A stretch of DNA of 64,000 nucleotides from Acidobacteriota bacterium. Lineage in GTDB: Bacteria; Acidobacteriota; Vicinamibacteria; Vicinamibacterales; UBA2999. Position numbers and translations under genes: made by a program. Of the stretch, positions 1 through 12,600 are shown one piece after another. The stretch covers positions 16,467 to 80,466 of the forward strand of contig JABFSA010000002.1 in the NCBI GenBank assembly GCA_013140775.1. Direction: 5' to 3'. Numbering within the stretch: position 1 is the first letter of the stretch; every line of letters begins with the position of its first letter. Under the pieces are notes generated by a model that saw only the letters and a program-made list of their open reading frames with translations, ran no database searches and was not told the DNA's origin.

Positions 1-347
1 CGAACGCACTGAGCCCCGCAAAGGTGCAGCGCGTGTCGATCGTCGATGAGGCGGATCGAGTCATGGAAGTCGTCGTCGAAGACAAACAGTTGTCATTGGC
101 GATCGGCAAGAAGGGCCAAAATGTCCGGCTGGCCGCAAAGCTGACCGGTTGGCGCATCGACATCAAGAGCGAAGAAGAGAAGCGCCGCGAGGTCGAAGCG
201 CAGTTCGGAGCCCTCGAGCTCGGCGAGGGATCCGAGAGCGCGGACGAGTCCGCTCCGGCAGCCGATGATGCCTCTGACACACCGGCAGCGGCAGCGGAAG
301 CTGCTGAGTCGGCGGCCGTTGGTGGCAGTGAAGAAGAACAGCAATAA
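1..347 (+). CDS. nusA: Transcription termination/antitermination factor NusA, C-terminal fragment (5' end lies outside the window)
   Basis: The reading frame is open to the window edge. It contains the KH-type motif [26 protein letters not shown] followed by an acidic tail. It lies directly upstream of infB, as in the conserved nusA-infB-rbfA-truB-rpsO-pnp arrangement. Confidence 0.85.
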   Translation, partial: NALSPAKVQRVSIVDEADRVMEVVVEDKQLSLAIGKKGQNVRLAAKLTGWRIDIKSEEEKRREVEAQFGALELGEGSESADESAPAADDASDTPAAAAEAAESAAVGGSEEEQQ

Positions 348-372
348 ACGGTTCTAAAGACAAGGGACGCAT

Positions 373-3147
373 TTGGCAACAGTTCGGATTTACAAGGTCG
401 CGGAGCTGCTGGGCACGACGAGCCAGGAGGTTCTTGCCCTGCTGAAGCGCGATCACGGCATCGAACTGAAGAGCGCCTCGAGTTCTCTCGAGGAGGTCGT
501 CGCTCGCTCCTTCGTCGAGCGACTTGCGCGTCAGCGCGGCGTGGCGTTGCCGAGTGGCGACATGTTCGCGGACACGCCGGTGCCAGCCAAGGGTGGCAAG
601 AAGGCGCCCGTTGCCAAGAAGGCCGAGCCCCCCAAGCCAGCCGCTCCAACGCTTGGTCCGCCGCGCCTGGTCAAGATTGTCAAGCCGCTGACATCGGCCG
701 CGCCGCTGGACTTCGTGCCCGACGTGATGGAAGAGCCGGTGATAGCCGAGCCGGAAGTCGCGGAGGAGCCAGACGTCCCAGTCGTCGCCGCCGCGCCAGA
801 ACCAGCGCCAGTCGTCGAAGAAGTCGCTCCGGAGCCAGTGCCCGTGGCCGTGCGCGAAGAGCCTCCTCCGGTCGTTCAGGAGCCTCCTCCAGCAGCACCC
901 GTCCAGCCGCCTCCGGCGCCACCGCAAGGTCGCTTCGTGCCGCCGACCCTCAGACTCCGCATCGAGGAGCCAGGTCAGACGCCGCAACCCGCGCGACCAC
1001 TCGCCCCTGCGAAGCGGCCACAGATTGGCCAGCAGCGCATGGTGAAACCCGCGGCTCCCGCGCCGCCTGTAGCGGCAAGACCGGCAACTCCACCTCCCCC
1101 GGGAGGAAGACCGCCGGTCCCCGGTGCACCACGTCCGGCCTATCCCGGTCCGCCACGACCGACGACACCAAGCATGCTCGGCGGCCCCCGGCCGCTGCCG
1201 GCGCAGCCAGTTCGCCCGGCGCAGCCGCCTGGAACACGACCCGGCATGCCGCCGCCGCGTCCGCCGTTTCCTCCACGCCCGCCGTTTGGCCAGCATCGTC
1301 CGGGCCAGCGTCCCGTGCAGACGCGTCGCGAGCGTCCGTCGGCGCCGACGACCCCGAGTCAGCCGATGGCCCCTCCTCCGCTCACGCGCACGATCACGCT
1401 GGCGGAAGGCATGACGGTGAAGGACCTCGCCGACAAGCTTGACGTGCGAGTCAAGGACGTTCTGGCCAAGCTCCTGATGAAGCGCGTGATGTTGACGATC
1501 AACAGCACGCTCGACATCGAGAGGGCCAAGGAAATCGCCCGCGAGTTCGGCGCCGAAGTCGAGATGCGAAGCTTCGAGGAAGAGCTCGTCTCGGCAGAAG
1601 TGGAAGACGTCAAGCCTGAGGACGTGCAGCAACGCGCTCCGGTCGTCACGGTCATGGGTCACGTGGACCACGGCAAGACGTCGCTGCTCGACGCGATCAG
1701 GGAAACCCGGGTCGCCGAACGCGAGGCCGGTGGCATCACGCAGCACATTGGCGCGTACCACGTTGATGTCGGCTCCGGGCGCAGCGTCGTGTTCCTCGAC
1801 ACCCCTGGTCACGCGGCGTTCACACTCATGCGTGCGCGCGGCGCCAAGGTGACCGACGTCGTGGTGCTGGTTGTCGCGGCGGACGACGGTGTGATGCCGC
1901 AGACGCGCGAGGCCATCGATCATGCCAAAGCGGCAAACGTGCCGATCGTCGTCGCCATCAACAAGATAGACAAGCCAGGCGCGAATCCCGACAACGTCAA
2001 GCGGGAACTGGCAGAGCTGAATCTCGTGCCGGAAGACTGGGGTGGCAACACCGTGATGGTGCCGGTCTCGGCCAAGAAGCGCCAGAACCTGGAACAGCTC
2101 CTCGAGATGATCCTGCTCTCGAGCGACATCCTGGAACTGAAAGCGAATCCACGACGGCCGGCGTCTGGCACCGTCCTCGAAGCCAAGCTCGATCGGGGCC
2201 GTGGCCCTGTCGCAACGGTCCTCGTGCAGGACGGTACGCTCAGTGTTGGCGACAACTTCATTGCCGGACCTGTCGTGGGCCGCGTGCGTGCCCTTATCGA
2301 TGATCGCGGACGGCCGGTGAAATCGGCTGGCCCATCAACGCCAGTCGAAGTGCTCGGCCTGACGAGTCTTCCGCAGAATGGCGATCCGTTCCAGACCGTT
2401 GCGGATCCAGCCAAGGCGCGGCAGATTGCGACCTTCCGGCAGACGAAGGCGAAGGAGCGCGCGCTCGGCGCCAAGGGCGGCCGCCTGACGCTCGAATCGC
2501 TGAAGGAGCAGATCGCGGAAGGCGGCATCAAGGAACTGCCGATCATCGTGAAGGCCGACGTGCAGGGGTCGGCGGAAGTCCTCTCAGACACACTCGCGAA
2601 GCTGTCAGACGAGAAGGTCAAGATTCGGATCATCCTGTCCGGCGTCGGCGCCATCAACGAGTCGGACGTGCTGCTCGCCTCGGCGTCGAACGCGATCGTC
2701 ATCGGCTTCAACGTCCGCCCCGATCGCAATGCCGCTGATGTCGCGGAGCGCGAGGAAGTTGACGTCCGGCTGCACTCCGTCATCTACAACGTCACGGACG
2801 AAATCAAGAAGGGCATGGAAGGCATGCTCGATCCAACCTTCAAGGAGGTTCGGATCGGCACCGCAGAAGTCCGTGAAGTCTTCAAGGTGCCAAAGATCGG
2901 GGCTATTGCGGGCTGCCTCGTGACCAGCGGCCGCATTACCCGCGCCGGGGAAACCAAAGCGCGCCTTCTGCGAGACAACGTCGTCATTCACGAAGGACGC
3001 ATCGGCTCGTTGCGCCGCTTCAAGGACGATGTCTCGGAGGTCAAGTCCGGGTTGGAGTGCGGCATCAGCCTCGATCGCTACAACGACATCAAGGCCGGCG
3101 ATCTGATCGAGGTGTTCACGATGGAGCGCGTCGCGGCCACCGCGTAA
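373..3147 (+). CDS. infB: Translation initiation factor IF-2
   Basis: 924-aa ORF with a TTG start. It has GTPase motifs ([22 protein letters not shown]) and a typical IF-2 C-terminal region. The N-terminal region (about codons 90-330) is long and rich in Pro/Ala. Confidence 0.97.
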   Translation: MATVRIYKVAELLGTTSQEVLALLKRDHGIELKSASSSLEEVVARSFVERLARQRGVALPSGDMFADTPVPAKGGKKAPVAKKAEPPKPAAPTLGPPRLVKIVKPLTSAAPLDFVPDVMEEPVIAEPEVAEEPDVPVVAAAPEPAPVVEEVAPEPVPVAVREEPPPVVQEPPPAAPVQPPPAPPQGRFVPPTLRLRIEEPGQTPQPARPLAPAKRPQIGQQRMVKPAAPAPPVAARPATPPPPGGRPPVPGAPRPAYPGPPRPTTPSMLGGPRPLPAQPVRPAQPPGTRPGMPPPRPPFPPRPPFGQHRPGQRPVQTRRERPSAPTTPSQPMAPPPLTRTITLAEGMTVKDLADKLDVRVKDVLAKLLMKRVMLTINSTLDIERAKEIAREFGAEVEMRSFEEELVSAEVEDVKPEDVQQRAPVVTVMGHVDHGKTSLLDAIRETRVAEREAGGITQHIGAYHVDVGSGRSVVFLDTPGHAAFTLMRARGAKVTDVVVLVVAADDGVMPQTREAIDHAKAANVPIVVAINKIDKPGANPDNVKRELAELNLVPEDWGGNTVMVPVSAKKRQNLEQLLEMILLSSDILELKANPRRPASGTVLEAKLDRGRGPVATVLVQDGTLSVGDNFIAGPVVGRVRALIDDRGRPVKSAGPSTPVEVLGLTSLPQNGDPFQTVADPAKARQIATFRQTKAKERALGAKGGRLTLESLKEQIAEGGIKELPIIVKADVQGSAEVLSDTLAKLSDEKVKIRIILSGVGAINESDVLLASASNAIVIGFNVRPDRNAADVAEREEVDVRLHSVIYNVTDEIKKGMEGMLDPTFKEVRIGTAEVREVFKVPKIGAIAGCLVTSGRITRAGETKARLLRDNVVIHEGRIGSLRRFKDDVSEVKSGLECGISLDRYNDIKAGDLIEVFTMERVAATA

Positions 3148-3185
3148 CACCGCGTTCGGATCGAACATTCCGAACGGACTTCATC

Positions 3186-3602
3186 ATGGCTCAAGGCTTT
3201 CGCCCCGATCGCGTAGGGGATCAGATCCGCGAGGAGCTGAGTGAGATGCTGGCCAGAGGCCAGGTCCACGACCCCGGCATCGGTTTTATCACGCTGACTC
3301 ACGTCAAAGTCTCCGCTGACCTGCAGGTGGCGCAGGTCTACTACACGACGCTCGGGGATGCCGCCGCCCGGCGCAAGACCCAACAGGCACTCGAACGAGC
3401 CACACCGTACCTCCGGCGTCAGATCGGCAGCCGTGTCAGGCTGCGTCGGGTGCCCGAGATGGAATTCCGTTTCGACGAAGCCGTCCAGCACCAGGATCGG
3501 ATCGAACAGATACTGCGCGATCTCAAGCAGGAAGACGCGCGCCGCGCCGAAACCGGACACGCGGCCGAAGGCGATACCCCACCCGATGACGACAGCGACT
3601 GA
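3186..3602 (+). CDS. rbfA: Ribosome-binding factor A
   Basis: The internal ATG at 3186 gives MAQGFRPDRVGDQIREELSEMLARG..., a typical RbfA N-terminus. The longer ORF from 3057 overlaps the infB 3' end and is Arg-rich with no recognisable motifs. Confidence 0.9.
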   Translation: MAQGFRPDRVGDQIREELSEMLARGQVHDPGIGFITLTHVKVSADLQVAQVYYTTLGDAAARRKTQQALERATPYLRRQIGSRVRLRRVPEMEFRFDEAVQHQDRIEQILRDLKQEDARRAETGHAAEGDTPPDDDSD

Positions 3603-4563
3603 CACACGTCTCCTCCAGCAGGCCGCCGAGGCCATTCGAAGCCGTCAGCGCTTCGTGATCGTCTCGCACGTGAGACCGGACGGCGATGCCGTCGGATCGC
3701 AGATGGCGATGGCTCATGCCCTGCGCGATCTGGGCAAGGACGTCCGTGTCGTCAGTCGTGACCTCGCGCCCCCGCCACTACAGGTCTTTCCCGGGGTCTC
3801 AGACATCGAGATCCTGGATCGCGTGGACGAACCTGGCGATGCCGTCATCGTCATGGAGTCTGGCGATCTGCTTCGCACCGGCGTCTCCGGACTCGAACGC
3901 GGCTTCGTCATCAACATCGACCACCACGTGGGTAACTCGATGTTCGGGGCGATCAACTGGTTCGACGTGTCGGCCGCTGCGTGCGGCGAAATGGTCTTCG
4001 ACCTGATTCGGGAACTGGGCGTCCCGCTCTCGCACGACATTGCGGTGCACTTGTACATCGCGATTCTGACCGACACCGGCTCGTTCCATCATTCGAACAT
4101 CACCCCGCGTACGTTCGAGATTTGCCGGGAATGTGTGGCCGCGGGTGTGAACCCCGCGGCAGTGGCCCGCAGCGTCTACGACAGCAACAGCCTTGGCCGA
4201 ATCAAGCTGATGGGCGCTGTCCTCAACCGTATGCAGCTTGCAAGCGGGGGACGGCTGGCGATTGTGTCCGTCGATCAGGACCTCGTCACGGCCTGCGAGG
4301 GCACGTATGAGGACACCGAAGGACTCATCAATCTCCCGCTGACAGTGCGTGAGATCCAGGCCGTGGTGTTCTTCAAGGAAGTCGGTCCGCTCGACTGGCG
4401 CGTCAGCATGCGTTCCAAGGGAGAGGTCAACATCAACGCGGTCGCCAAGGAATTCAGCGGCGGGGGGCACAAGAACGCATCGGGGTGCAGCGCGTCGGGG
4501 ACGCTCGAAGATCTCACAGCTCTCTTCACGGCAAAGATCACCGAGCAGATGGATGGAGTCTAG
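3586..4563 (+). CDS. DHH/DHHA1 family phosphoesterase (NrnA-like oligoribonuclease/pAp phosphatase)
   Basis: Motifs present: HVRPDGDAVGS (DXD), NIDHH, DTGSF and GGGHKNASG. The ATG at 3586 overlaps the rbfA 3' end. The ORF extension back to 3358 runs out of frame through rbfA. Confidence 0.85.
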   Translation: MTTATDTRLLQQAAEAIRSRQRFVIVSHVRPDGDAVGSQMAMAHALRDLGKDVRVVSRDLAPPPLQVFPGVSDIEILDRVDEPGDAVIVMESGDLLRTGVSGLERGFVINIDHHVGNSMFGAINWFDVSAAACGEMVFDLIRELGVPLSHDIAVHLYIAILTDTGSFHHSNITPRTFEICRECVAAGVNPAAVARSVYDSNSLGRIKLMGAVLNRMQLASGGRLAIVSVDQDLVTACEGTYEDTEGLINLPLTVREIQAVVFFKEVGPLDWRVSMRSKGEVNINAVAKEFSGGGHKNASGCSASGTLEDLTALFTAKITEQMDGV

Positions 4564-4588
4564 CTACTAGCTGCTGGCTACCCTGGTC
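4561..4588 (+). repeat. Heptanucleotide tandem repeat TAGCTAC TAGCTGC TGGCTAC (CCTGGTC) in the spacer between the DHH gene and truB
   Basis: GCTRC recurs with a direct 7-nt period at 4563, 4570 and 4577. A 21-nt stretch (4562-4582) matches 61450-61470 at 19 of 21 positions. Confidence 0.6.
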
Positions 4589-4590
4589 AC

Positions 4591-5469
4591 ATGCAAGGCG
4601 TCCTTGTCGTCGATAAACCTCAGGGCCTGACGTCTCACGACGTGGTCGCTGTCGCCCGCCGGGCTCTCGGCGAGAGCCGGATTGGTCACACCGGAACACT
4701 CGATCCGCTGGCCACCGGCGTGCTGCCGCTGGCAGTGGACAGGGCCACGCGTCTCATCAGGTTCCTGACGGCCTCGGACAAGGACTACAGCGCGACGATC
4801 CGGTTTGGCTTCACCACGAACTCCTACGATGTCACCGGCGCGGAGACGAGCCGGACGGATCGGGTGCCGTCTCGCGACGAGGTCGTCGCAGGCATCGAGT
4901 CCCTGACCGGCGAATACCTGCAGGAGCCCCCGGCCTTCTCAGCCAAGAAGGTGGCGGGGCGGCGTGCGTATGACCTGGCGCGGAAGTCCGAGGCCGTCGT
5001 GCTCCAGCCAGTCCCCGTTCGAGTCACCCGGGCCGCACTGATCGACTACGAGAACGGGACAGCCCGTGTGGACCTGACGAGCTCAGCCGGGTTCTATGTC
5101 AGGGCCTTCGCCCACTCCCTCGGGCAGTTCACCAGGACAGGCGCCTGCCTGGAGGCGCTGAAAAGGACAAGAAGCGGAGCCTTTACGCTGAACCTCGCGC
5201 TGTCGCTGGCCTCACTGAGCGACCCTTCGCGCGTGGAGGCGAGCCTCGTCCCGCTTGACGCACTGCTCCCCGACGTCCCCTCGGTCTCTCTCAACGAACG
5301 CGGCCGGATGTACGTCACACACGGCCGGGAAATCGGGCCAGACGACTACACGGAGGGCAACCCGTCATCCGAGTGGGTGCGACTCATCGACCTCTCCGGT
5401 GCGCTGGTCGCGCTCGGCAATCCCGGCCGCGCTCCTGGCTCATTGCATCCGTCCGTGGTGCTGATATAA
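4591..5469 (+). CDS. truB: tRNA pseudouridine-55 synthase TruB
   Basis: The N-terminus is GVLVVDKPQGLTSHDVV, and the catalytic motif GHTGTLDPLATGVL is present. Synteny with rbfA and rpsO supports the call. Confidence 0.95.
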   Translation: MQGVLVVDKPQGLTSHDVVAVARRALGESRIGHTGTLDPLATGVLPLAVDRATRLIRFLTASDKDYSATIRFGFTTNSYDVTGAETSRTDRVPSRDEVVAGIESLTGEYLQEPPAFSAKKVAGRRAYDLARKSEAVVLQPVPVRVTRAALIDYENGTARVDLTSSAGFYVRAFAHSLGQFTRTGACLEALKRTRSGAFTLNLALSLASLSDPSRVEASLVPLDALLPDVPSVSLNERGRMYVTHGREIGPDDYTEGNPSSEWVRLIDLSGALVALGNPGRAPGSLHPSVVLI

Positions 5470-5593
5470 AATCTAAGTCTTTTGGGGACCAATACTTAGC
5501 ATCAATTTACGGCGGCCTGGTGGATTCGTGCGGGCGTGAGAGGTTTCTCCGCTCAACACACGGGTCACTTTCTGGGCCGCACGTGGAGGTAGC

Positions 5594-5863
5594 GTGGCGT
5601 TTACCAAGGATCAGAAGACCGGCATCATCGGCACTTACAGGACTCACGACGGCGACACGGGTTCTCCTGAAGTTCAAGTCGCGCTCCTCACCGAGCGCAT
5701 CAATTACCTCACCGAGCATTTCAAGGCTCACTCGAAAGACCATCACTCACGACGCGGCCTGCTGAAGCTCGTTGGCCAGCGACGGAGACTGCTCGACTAT
5801 CTGAAGAGCAAGGACTCCGCTCGCTACGCGGAACTCATTCACCGTCTCGGCATCCGAAAATAG
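5594..5863 (+). CDS. rpsO: 30S ribosomal protein S15
   Basis: 89-aa ORF with a GTG start. It contains [38 protein letters not shown], a canonical S15 sequence. Confidence 0.97.
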   Translation: MAFTKDQKTGIIGTYRTHDGDTGSPEVQVALLTERINYLTEHFKAHSKDHHSRRGLLKLVGQRRRLLDYLKSKDSARYAELIHRLGIRK

Positions 5864-5884
5864 CGGCCTGCGGCATACAACACC

Positions 5885-8029
<2,145 letters not shown>

Positions 8030-8036
8030 CTCACAC

Positions 8037-8065
8037 GGAGGGGGCCGTGGCACACGGTCCTCTCC
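8037..8065 (+). terminator. Hairpin downstream of pnp (13-bp stem with two G-U pairs, 3-nt loop, no T-tract)
   Basis: GGAGGGGGCCGTG gca CACGGTCCTCTCC lies 8 nt after the pnp stop codon. Confidence 0.4.
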
Positions 8066-8080
8066 GGTCAGGCCGAGAGC

Positions 8081-8470
8081 ATGGCACTTCCCCGCCGACG
8101 CATCGGACTGGCGCTTCTCTCAGGCGCAGGCGCCTGTCTCCTCACGTTTCTCTCCTTTCCCTCTGCGTCGGCGCAGGATCAAGCCCCAAGCCGTCACGAA
8201 CTCATCCTCGTCGGAAAAGGCTTTCGCTGGGCGCCCGACCGCATCGAGGTTCGCCAGGACGATCTGGTCAGGCTCACCATTCGCAGCGAAGACATTGCCT
8301 ACAGCTTCGCCATCGACGAATACCGTATCGTTCGCCGTGTCCCCGCGGGCGGGGCCACTACCTTCGAATTCAGGGCCGACCGGGTCGGCACGTTCCGCTT
8401 TTACAGCAACCTGACCAGCGATCGCGGCCACGAAGAGATGGAAGGCCGGCTGGTGGTGACAGCGAGGTAG
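8081..8470 (+). CDS. Secreted cupredoxin-fold protein lacking the type-1 copper Cys ligand
   Basis: It has a signal peptide (LLSGAGACLLTFLSFPSASAQ). The C-terminal motif FRFYSNLTSDRGHEEMEG resembles the Y-C-x-x-H-x-x-x-M copper loop, but Ser replaces Cys. Confidence 0.55.
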   Translation: MALPRRRIGLALLSGAGACLLTFLSFPSASAQDQAPSRHELILVGKGFRWAPDRIEVRQDDLVRLTIRSEDIAYSFAIDEYRIVRRVPAGGATTFEFRADRVGTFRFYSNLTSDRGHEEMEGRLVVTAR

Positions 8471-8483
8471 GCTTTCGGCCCTG

Positions 8484-8540
8484 GGCTCCCGGCTCCGGGC
8501 ACTAGAGCTTTCGAGCCCCGAGCCCCGAGTCCCGAGTCCA
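8484..8540. repeat. Heptamer arrays GGCTCCN (2-3 copies) and GAGYCCC (4 copies), mutually complementary, at the junction of the convergent cupredoxin and M48 genes
   Basis: 8484-8504 reads GGCTCCC GGCTCCG GGCACTA. 8513-8540 reads GAGCCCC GAGCCCC GAGTCCC GAGTCCA. The second array lies inside the last 13 codons of the M48 ORF. Confidence 0.6.
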
Positions 8541-9632
8541 TCGATGCGCAGCATCAATCCTCTCTGCGATCGACGGATGCGAGTGAAAGAACATCTCGAC
8601 CCAGCGCGACGGCCGTTCTTCGGCCAGGTTCTGGACTGACAGCCGCTTCATAGCGCTCGCAAACGCCGCAGGGTTGCCGGTCATGTCGAGCGCGTAGCGA
8701 TCCGCCCTCCGCTCGTGCAGGCGTGACACCGCATTGGCAACAGGAAGCAGCAGGAGCGACACCGCGCCTCCGGTGAGCACGAACAGCGGAAGCCCGGCGA
8801 TGTCCGCCTTGCCGCTGATCCCGAAGTGACCGACCGCGGTTTGGAGGGCCCGATCCGCGAGGAAGAAGCCGACCAGGATCAGTACGAACTCGAGCGCAAT
8901 GGCTTTCCAGATGTCGTGGTGCACGTGATGCGCCAGCTCGTGCGCAAGAATCACTTCCACCTCATCATCCGAATGCGCGGCAAGAAGCGTGTCGGACAAC
9001 AGGATCCGGCGAGTCCGCCCGATCCCGGTCAACGCGGCGTTGGCCTTCCGCGTCCGATCGCTCATCCTCCACTCAAAGACGCCGAGCACCTGCGTGCCGG
9101 CCCGCTCCGCCAGCGCCACAAGCCTGGAGGTCAAAGCGGGACGATCGAGAAGCGTAAACCGATAGAAGAGCGGCAGCAGGAGGACTGGGGCAAGATGGGC
9201 CATCAACATCAGAAGGATCGCCAGGCACACGGCTGCGCTCACCCACCAGTACGCGGGCGTCCATCCGATCAGCGACCAGACCAGGACGGCGCCAGCAATG
9301 GCCAGCGGAAGGCCCACCATCAAGGCCCGTAGCCGATCGCCCCACCAGCGACCGGTGGCCTGCGTAGACAGGTCATACCGGCGCTCGAGCACGACCCCCT
9401 GATAGAACGCGAGGGGAACCTGGAGCAATTCGCTCAGCAGGACCACGACGGCCGTGTAGAGAGCAATCGAGAGCGCGTTGGACTGCCCTGTCGCGGCCCA
9501 GGCCCAGGCCCGGAGCGCCGCCGAGCCTCCGCTCGCCAGCAGAAGCACCAGCGCCAGCGCCACGACGAGCGTCTCGAGCAACGAGGCCTGGCGGCGCAGC
9601 CGATGGTAGCGGGCCGCCTTGTCCTCGTTCAC
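8502..9632 (-). CDS. M48 family (Ste24/HtpX-like) zinc metalloprotease, membrane-bound
   Basis: It contains the HEXXH motif HELAHHVHHD, several hydrophobic segments, and the C-terminal sequence FFHSHPSIAERI typical of M48 peptidases. Confidence 0.85.
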   Translation of the reverse strand: MNEDKAARYHRLRRQASLLETLVVALALVLLLASGGSAALRAWAWAATGQSNALSIALYTAVVVLLSELLQVPLAFYQGVVLERRYDLSTQATGRWWGDRLRALMVGLPLAIAGAVLVWSLIGWTPAYWWVSAAVCLAILLMLMAHLAPVLLLPLFYRFTLLDRPALTSRLVALAERAGTQVLGVFEWRMSDRTRKANAALTGIGRTRRILLSDTLLAAHSDDEVEVILAHELAHHVHHDIWKAIALEFVLILVGFFLADRALQTAVGHFGISGKADIAGLPLFVLTGGAVSLLLLPVANAVSRLHERRADRYALDMTGNPAAFASAMKRLSVQNLAEERPSRWVEMFFHSHPSIAERIDAAHRWTRDSGLGARKL

Positions 9633-9634
9633 GT

Positions 9635-12600
9635 TCAGTTCAACTGGACGGAGATCAGCTTCGACACACCAGGCTCTTCCATCGTCACGCCGTACAGCCG
9701 GTTTGCGATCTCCATGGTGCGCCGATTGTGGGTGATGAGAATGAACTGGGTCCGATCCAGCATGCCCCGCAGCATTTCAACGAAACGCCCCACGTTGGCG
9801 TCATCGAGCGGCGCATCGATTTCGTCCAGCAGGCAGAACGGACTCGGCTTGTACCGGAATATCGCGAACATCAGGGCGATCGCCGTGAGCGCCTTTTCGC
9901 CTCCCGAGAGGAGCTGCACGCTTTGCAGCCGCTTTCCGGGCGGTGACGCCACGATGTCGATCCCGCTTTCGAGCGGGTCGTTTTCATCCAGCAGCGAGAG
10001 TCCCGCACGGCCGCCGCCGAACAACACGCTGAACGTCTGCTGAAAATTCACTTGAATGGCCGCGAAGGCTTCGTTGAAGCGCGCCTTTGAGGTCTCGTCG
10101 ATTCGCGTGATCGCTTCCATGGTCTGGGCGATCGAATCGACCAGATCCTTACGCTGCGTCGTGAGGAATGTGTGACGACCCTCGAGCTCGTCGAACTGCT
10201 CGATCGCCATCATGTTCACCGGGCCCAGTCGATCGATCTTGGCCTTGAGCGTGCTGATGGCTTCTTCCGCGGTCATCTGTCCGGCGCGCACTGGCTCGAC
10301 CGGAACCGCGGTGGGCACGGAGGCCGCGTCCATGCCCTGCGACTGGTCGCCTTCCTCGAGCTCGGGCTCGTCGGCTGTAATCGCGGCAGCGTCCGGCGTG
10401 GTTTCCCCTGCCAGTTCCATGGCTTCGACGTCGGCCAGCACTTCGTCCAGCGTCGTCTGCATCGTTTCCGCGCAGACCTGCGCCAGGTGACCGAGGTCGC
10501 TCTCAGCCGTGGCGCGCGCGATCTCCAATTCACCCGCCAGCCCTCGAACCTCGTCCAGTGAACGGCGAGCATCGCGAATGACGACGTCCTGGGTGTCCAC
10601 GCTGCCGCGCACCGTCGCTGCAGCCTCGTCCGCGTGTCGCACCTGAGCACGAAGCGCATCGAGTGCGTCAGCATCCTCGTTCAACGTCCGGGTCTCATCG
10701 ACAATGGCCTGCTGCAGAGACGCGCGCCGGGCGTGAACCTGGTCCAGTTCTCCGGAGCGCGCAGCGATCCGGTGGTCCACGTCTCGCGCCATCTCCTGAA
10801 GTCTCACGACCTCCGCCTCAATCGCCGTCGTGCGTTCCACGAGCGCGGCATGGGCAGCCCTCGCGTCCCCTGCCCGTGCGTTCAAGTCAGCGACGGTTTC
10901 GCGTGCCGCGGCCAGCTGACGTTGAGCCTCCGCCAGCCGTTCGTCGGCCTGGCGCTGGTCGTCGAGGAGATGCCCCACTGACGACTCGGCCTCGGCATGA
11001 CGGGCGTTCAAAGCGGCCTGCTCCTCTTCCGCCTGCCGGCGCTCGAGGAGGATGACTTCAGCCTTGCGCTCGAGACGACCCGCCTCTTCAATCGCTCTGG
11101 CAACCTGAGCGTCACAGCCGACGATGGCCATTTCCTGGCGGTGCTGTTCGGCCGTGAGCGCTGTCAGGGCGCTCGACGCCTGCGCGATCGCCACTTCCAA
11201 CCGCGCCGTCTCGTCCGTGAGCCGCGCCGTTGTTTCGCGATCGACGACCAGCCGTTCACGGAGCTCCTTGATTTCACGCTTGGTGGCGAGGATTCCTCGT
11301 GACTCCACCTTGGCACCGCCCGACACGAGATGCGGGCCCCTGAACAGATCCCCGTCGATGGTCGCGACCGGCGCCGACGTCTGCCGGGACATCGCCACGG
11401 CCTGATCGAAGGTCTCGGCGATGTATGCCTCCGGCATCACCTTCTGGATGGTGATCACGTGCGGCCCGGACACCCGGAGGACGTCGGAGATTGGCACGAT
11501 GCCAGGAATCCGCAGCGCCTCGCGGGGGTGATAGCCGTTCGACCCCGGGTCAATCACCACGAAGCCGCAGCGCCCCGCATCCTGCTCGCGCACGAGCGAA
11601 AGCCCGGCGGCGGCCTGGTCGTGGCGGTCCACAACGACGTGCTGCAGGAGGTCCCCGAGACAGGCCTCTACAGCTCGTTCGTAGCGTCGATCGACGTCCA
11701 GATAGTCGGCTACCGCACCTCGCTGACCCACGCGCCCGTTCGCCTGGACGAGCACCATCCTGGCCGCATCGCCAAACTCGCCGCGACTGGCCTCGATTTC
11801 CATCAGCGATGAGAGCCGCGCCTCGACACGAGCCAGTTCCTGCTCGTGCACGCGGACAGCCTGCACGTGCGCCTCGTACTCGGCGCGCGCGGCACTCAGT
11901 TCTGACTCGCGCATCGCCGCGTCGAGCCTGACCTGTTCGAGCACACCCTTCGCGCGCGACAGCGACTCGACGGCTGATTTGTGAAACGCCGAGATCGTCT
12001 CCGCCTCCCGGCGATGGTCGTCCTGTTCGACGTCGAGTTTCGCGAGCACCTCGCCAACCCGTCCGCGCTGCGTGGCCGCGTGGTCGATGACATGGCGCAG
12101 CGCGGTGACCGCGTTCAGCGCCGCGAACACATTTCCTCGAGCCTTATCGACCTCGGCTTCGGCCGCATCGACCTGGCGCTGTGCCTGGGCCGAGGCCTCA
12201 GACGCATCGGTGAGCGTCTGGAGCGCTTCGTCCCGACTGCGGGCAGCGTCCGCGGCCACCTCAGCCCGTGCAGAGACGGCGAGCCGCGCGGGCTCCTGAC
12301 GCGCCTTGAGGTCTTCGAGCTCCGTCGCAATCTCCGACACGCGAACCGCGAGCGTTTCGACCTGATGGCGGTTGAACTCCTGCTGCTGCTGGCGGCGACT
12401 GATATCCAGCTCTCGCGCGTGTGCCTCTTCGCGAACGGTCGCCGATCGGCTGTCCGCCTCGGCCTGCTCGATACGGAGACGGGCGAGATCGGCTTCACCT
12501 TCGGCGACTCGAGCGGTGGCCGCCACTTCACGCTCGCGTGTCTCGGCCAGACGGGTTCGCGCAGCTTCTATTGCGCGGCCCAGCTCGCGATACCGACGTC

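Noticed and set aside
163-1923. 586-aa ORF antisense to infB
   Set aside because: It overlaps the clearly real IF-2 gene on the opposite strand. The translation is extremely Arg/Trp/Gly-rich with no motifs. This is a typical shadow ORF of GC-rich DNA, where stop codons are rare in the antisense frames.
8047-8505. 152-aa ORF in an alternative frame over the cupredoxin-like gene
   Set aside because: Its translation is rich in Arg, Pro, Ser and His. The 8081-8470 frame has a proper signal peptide and beta-rich mature sequence.
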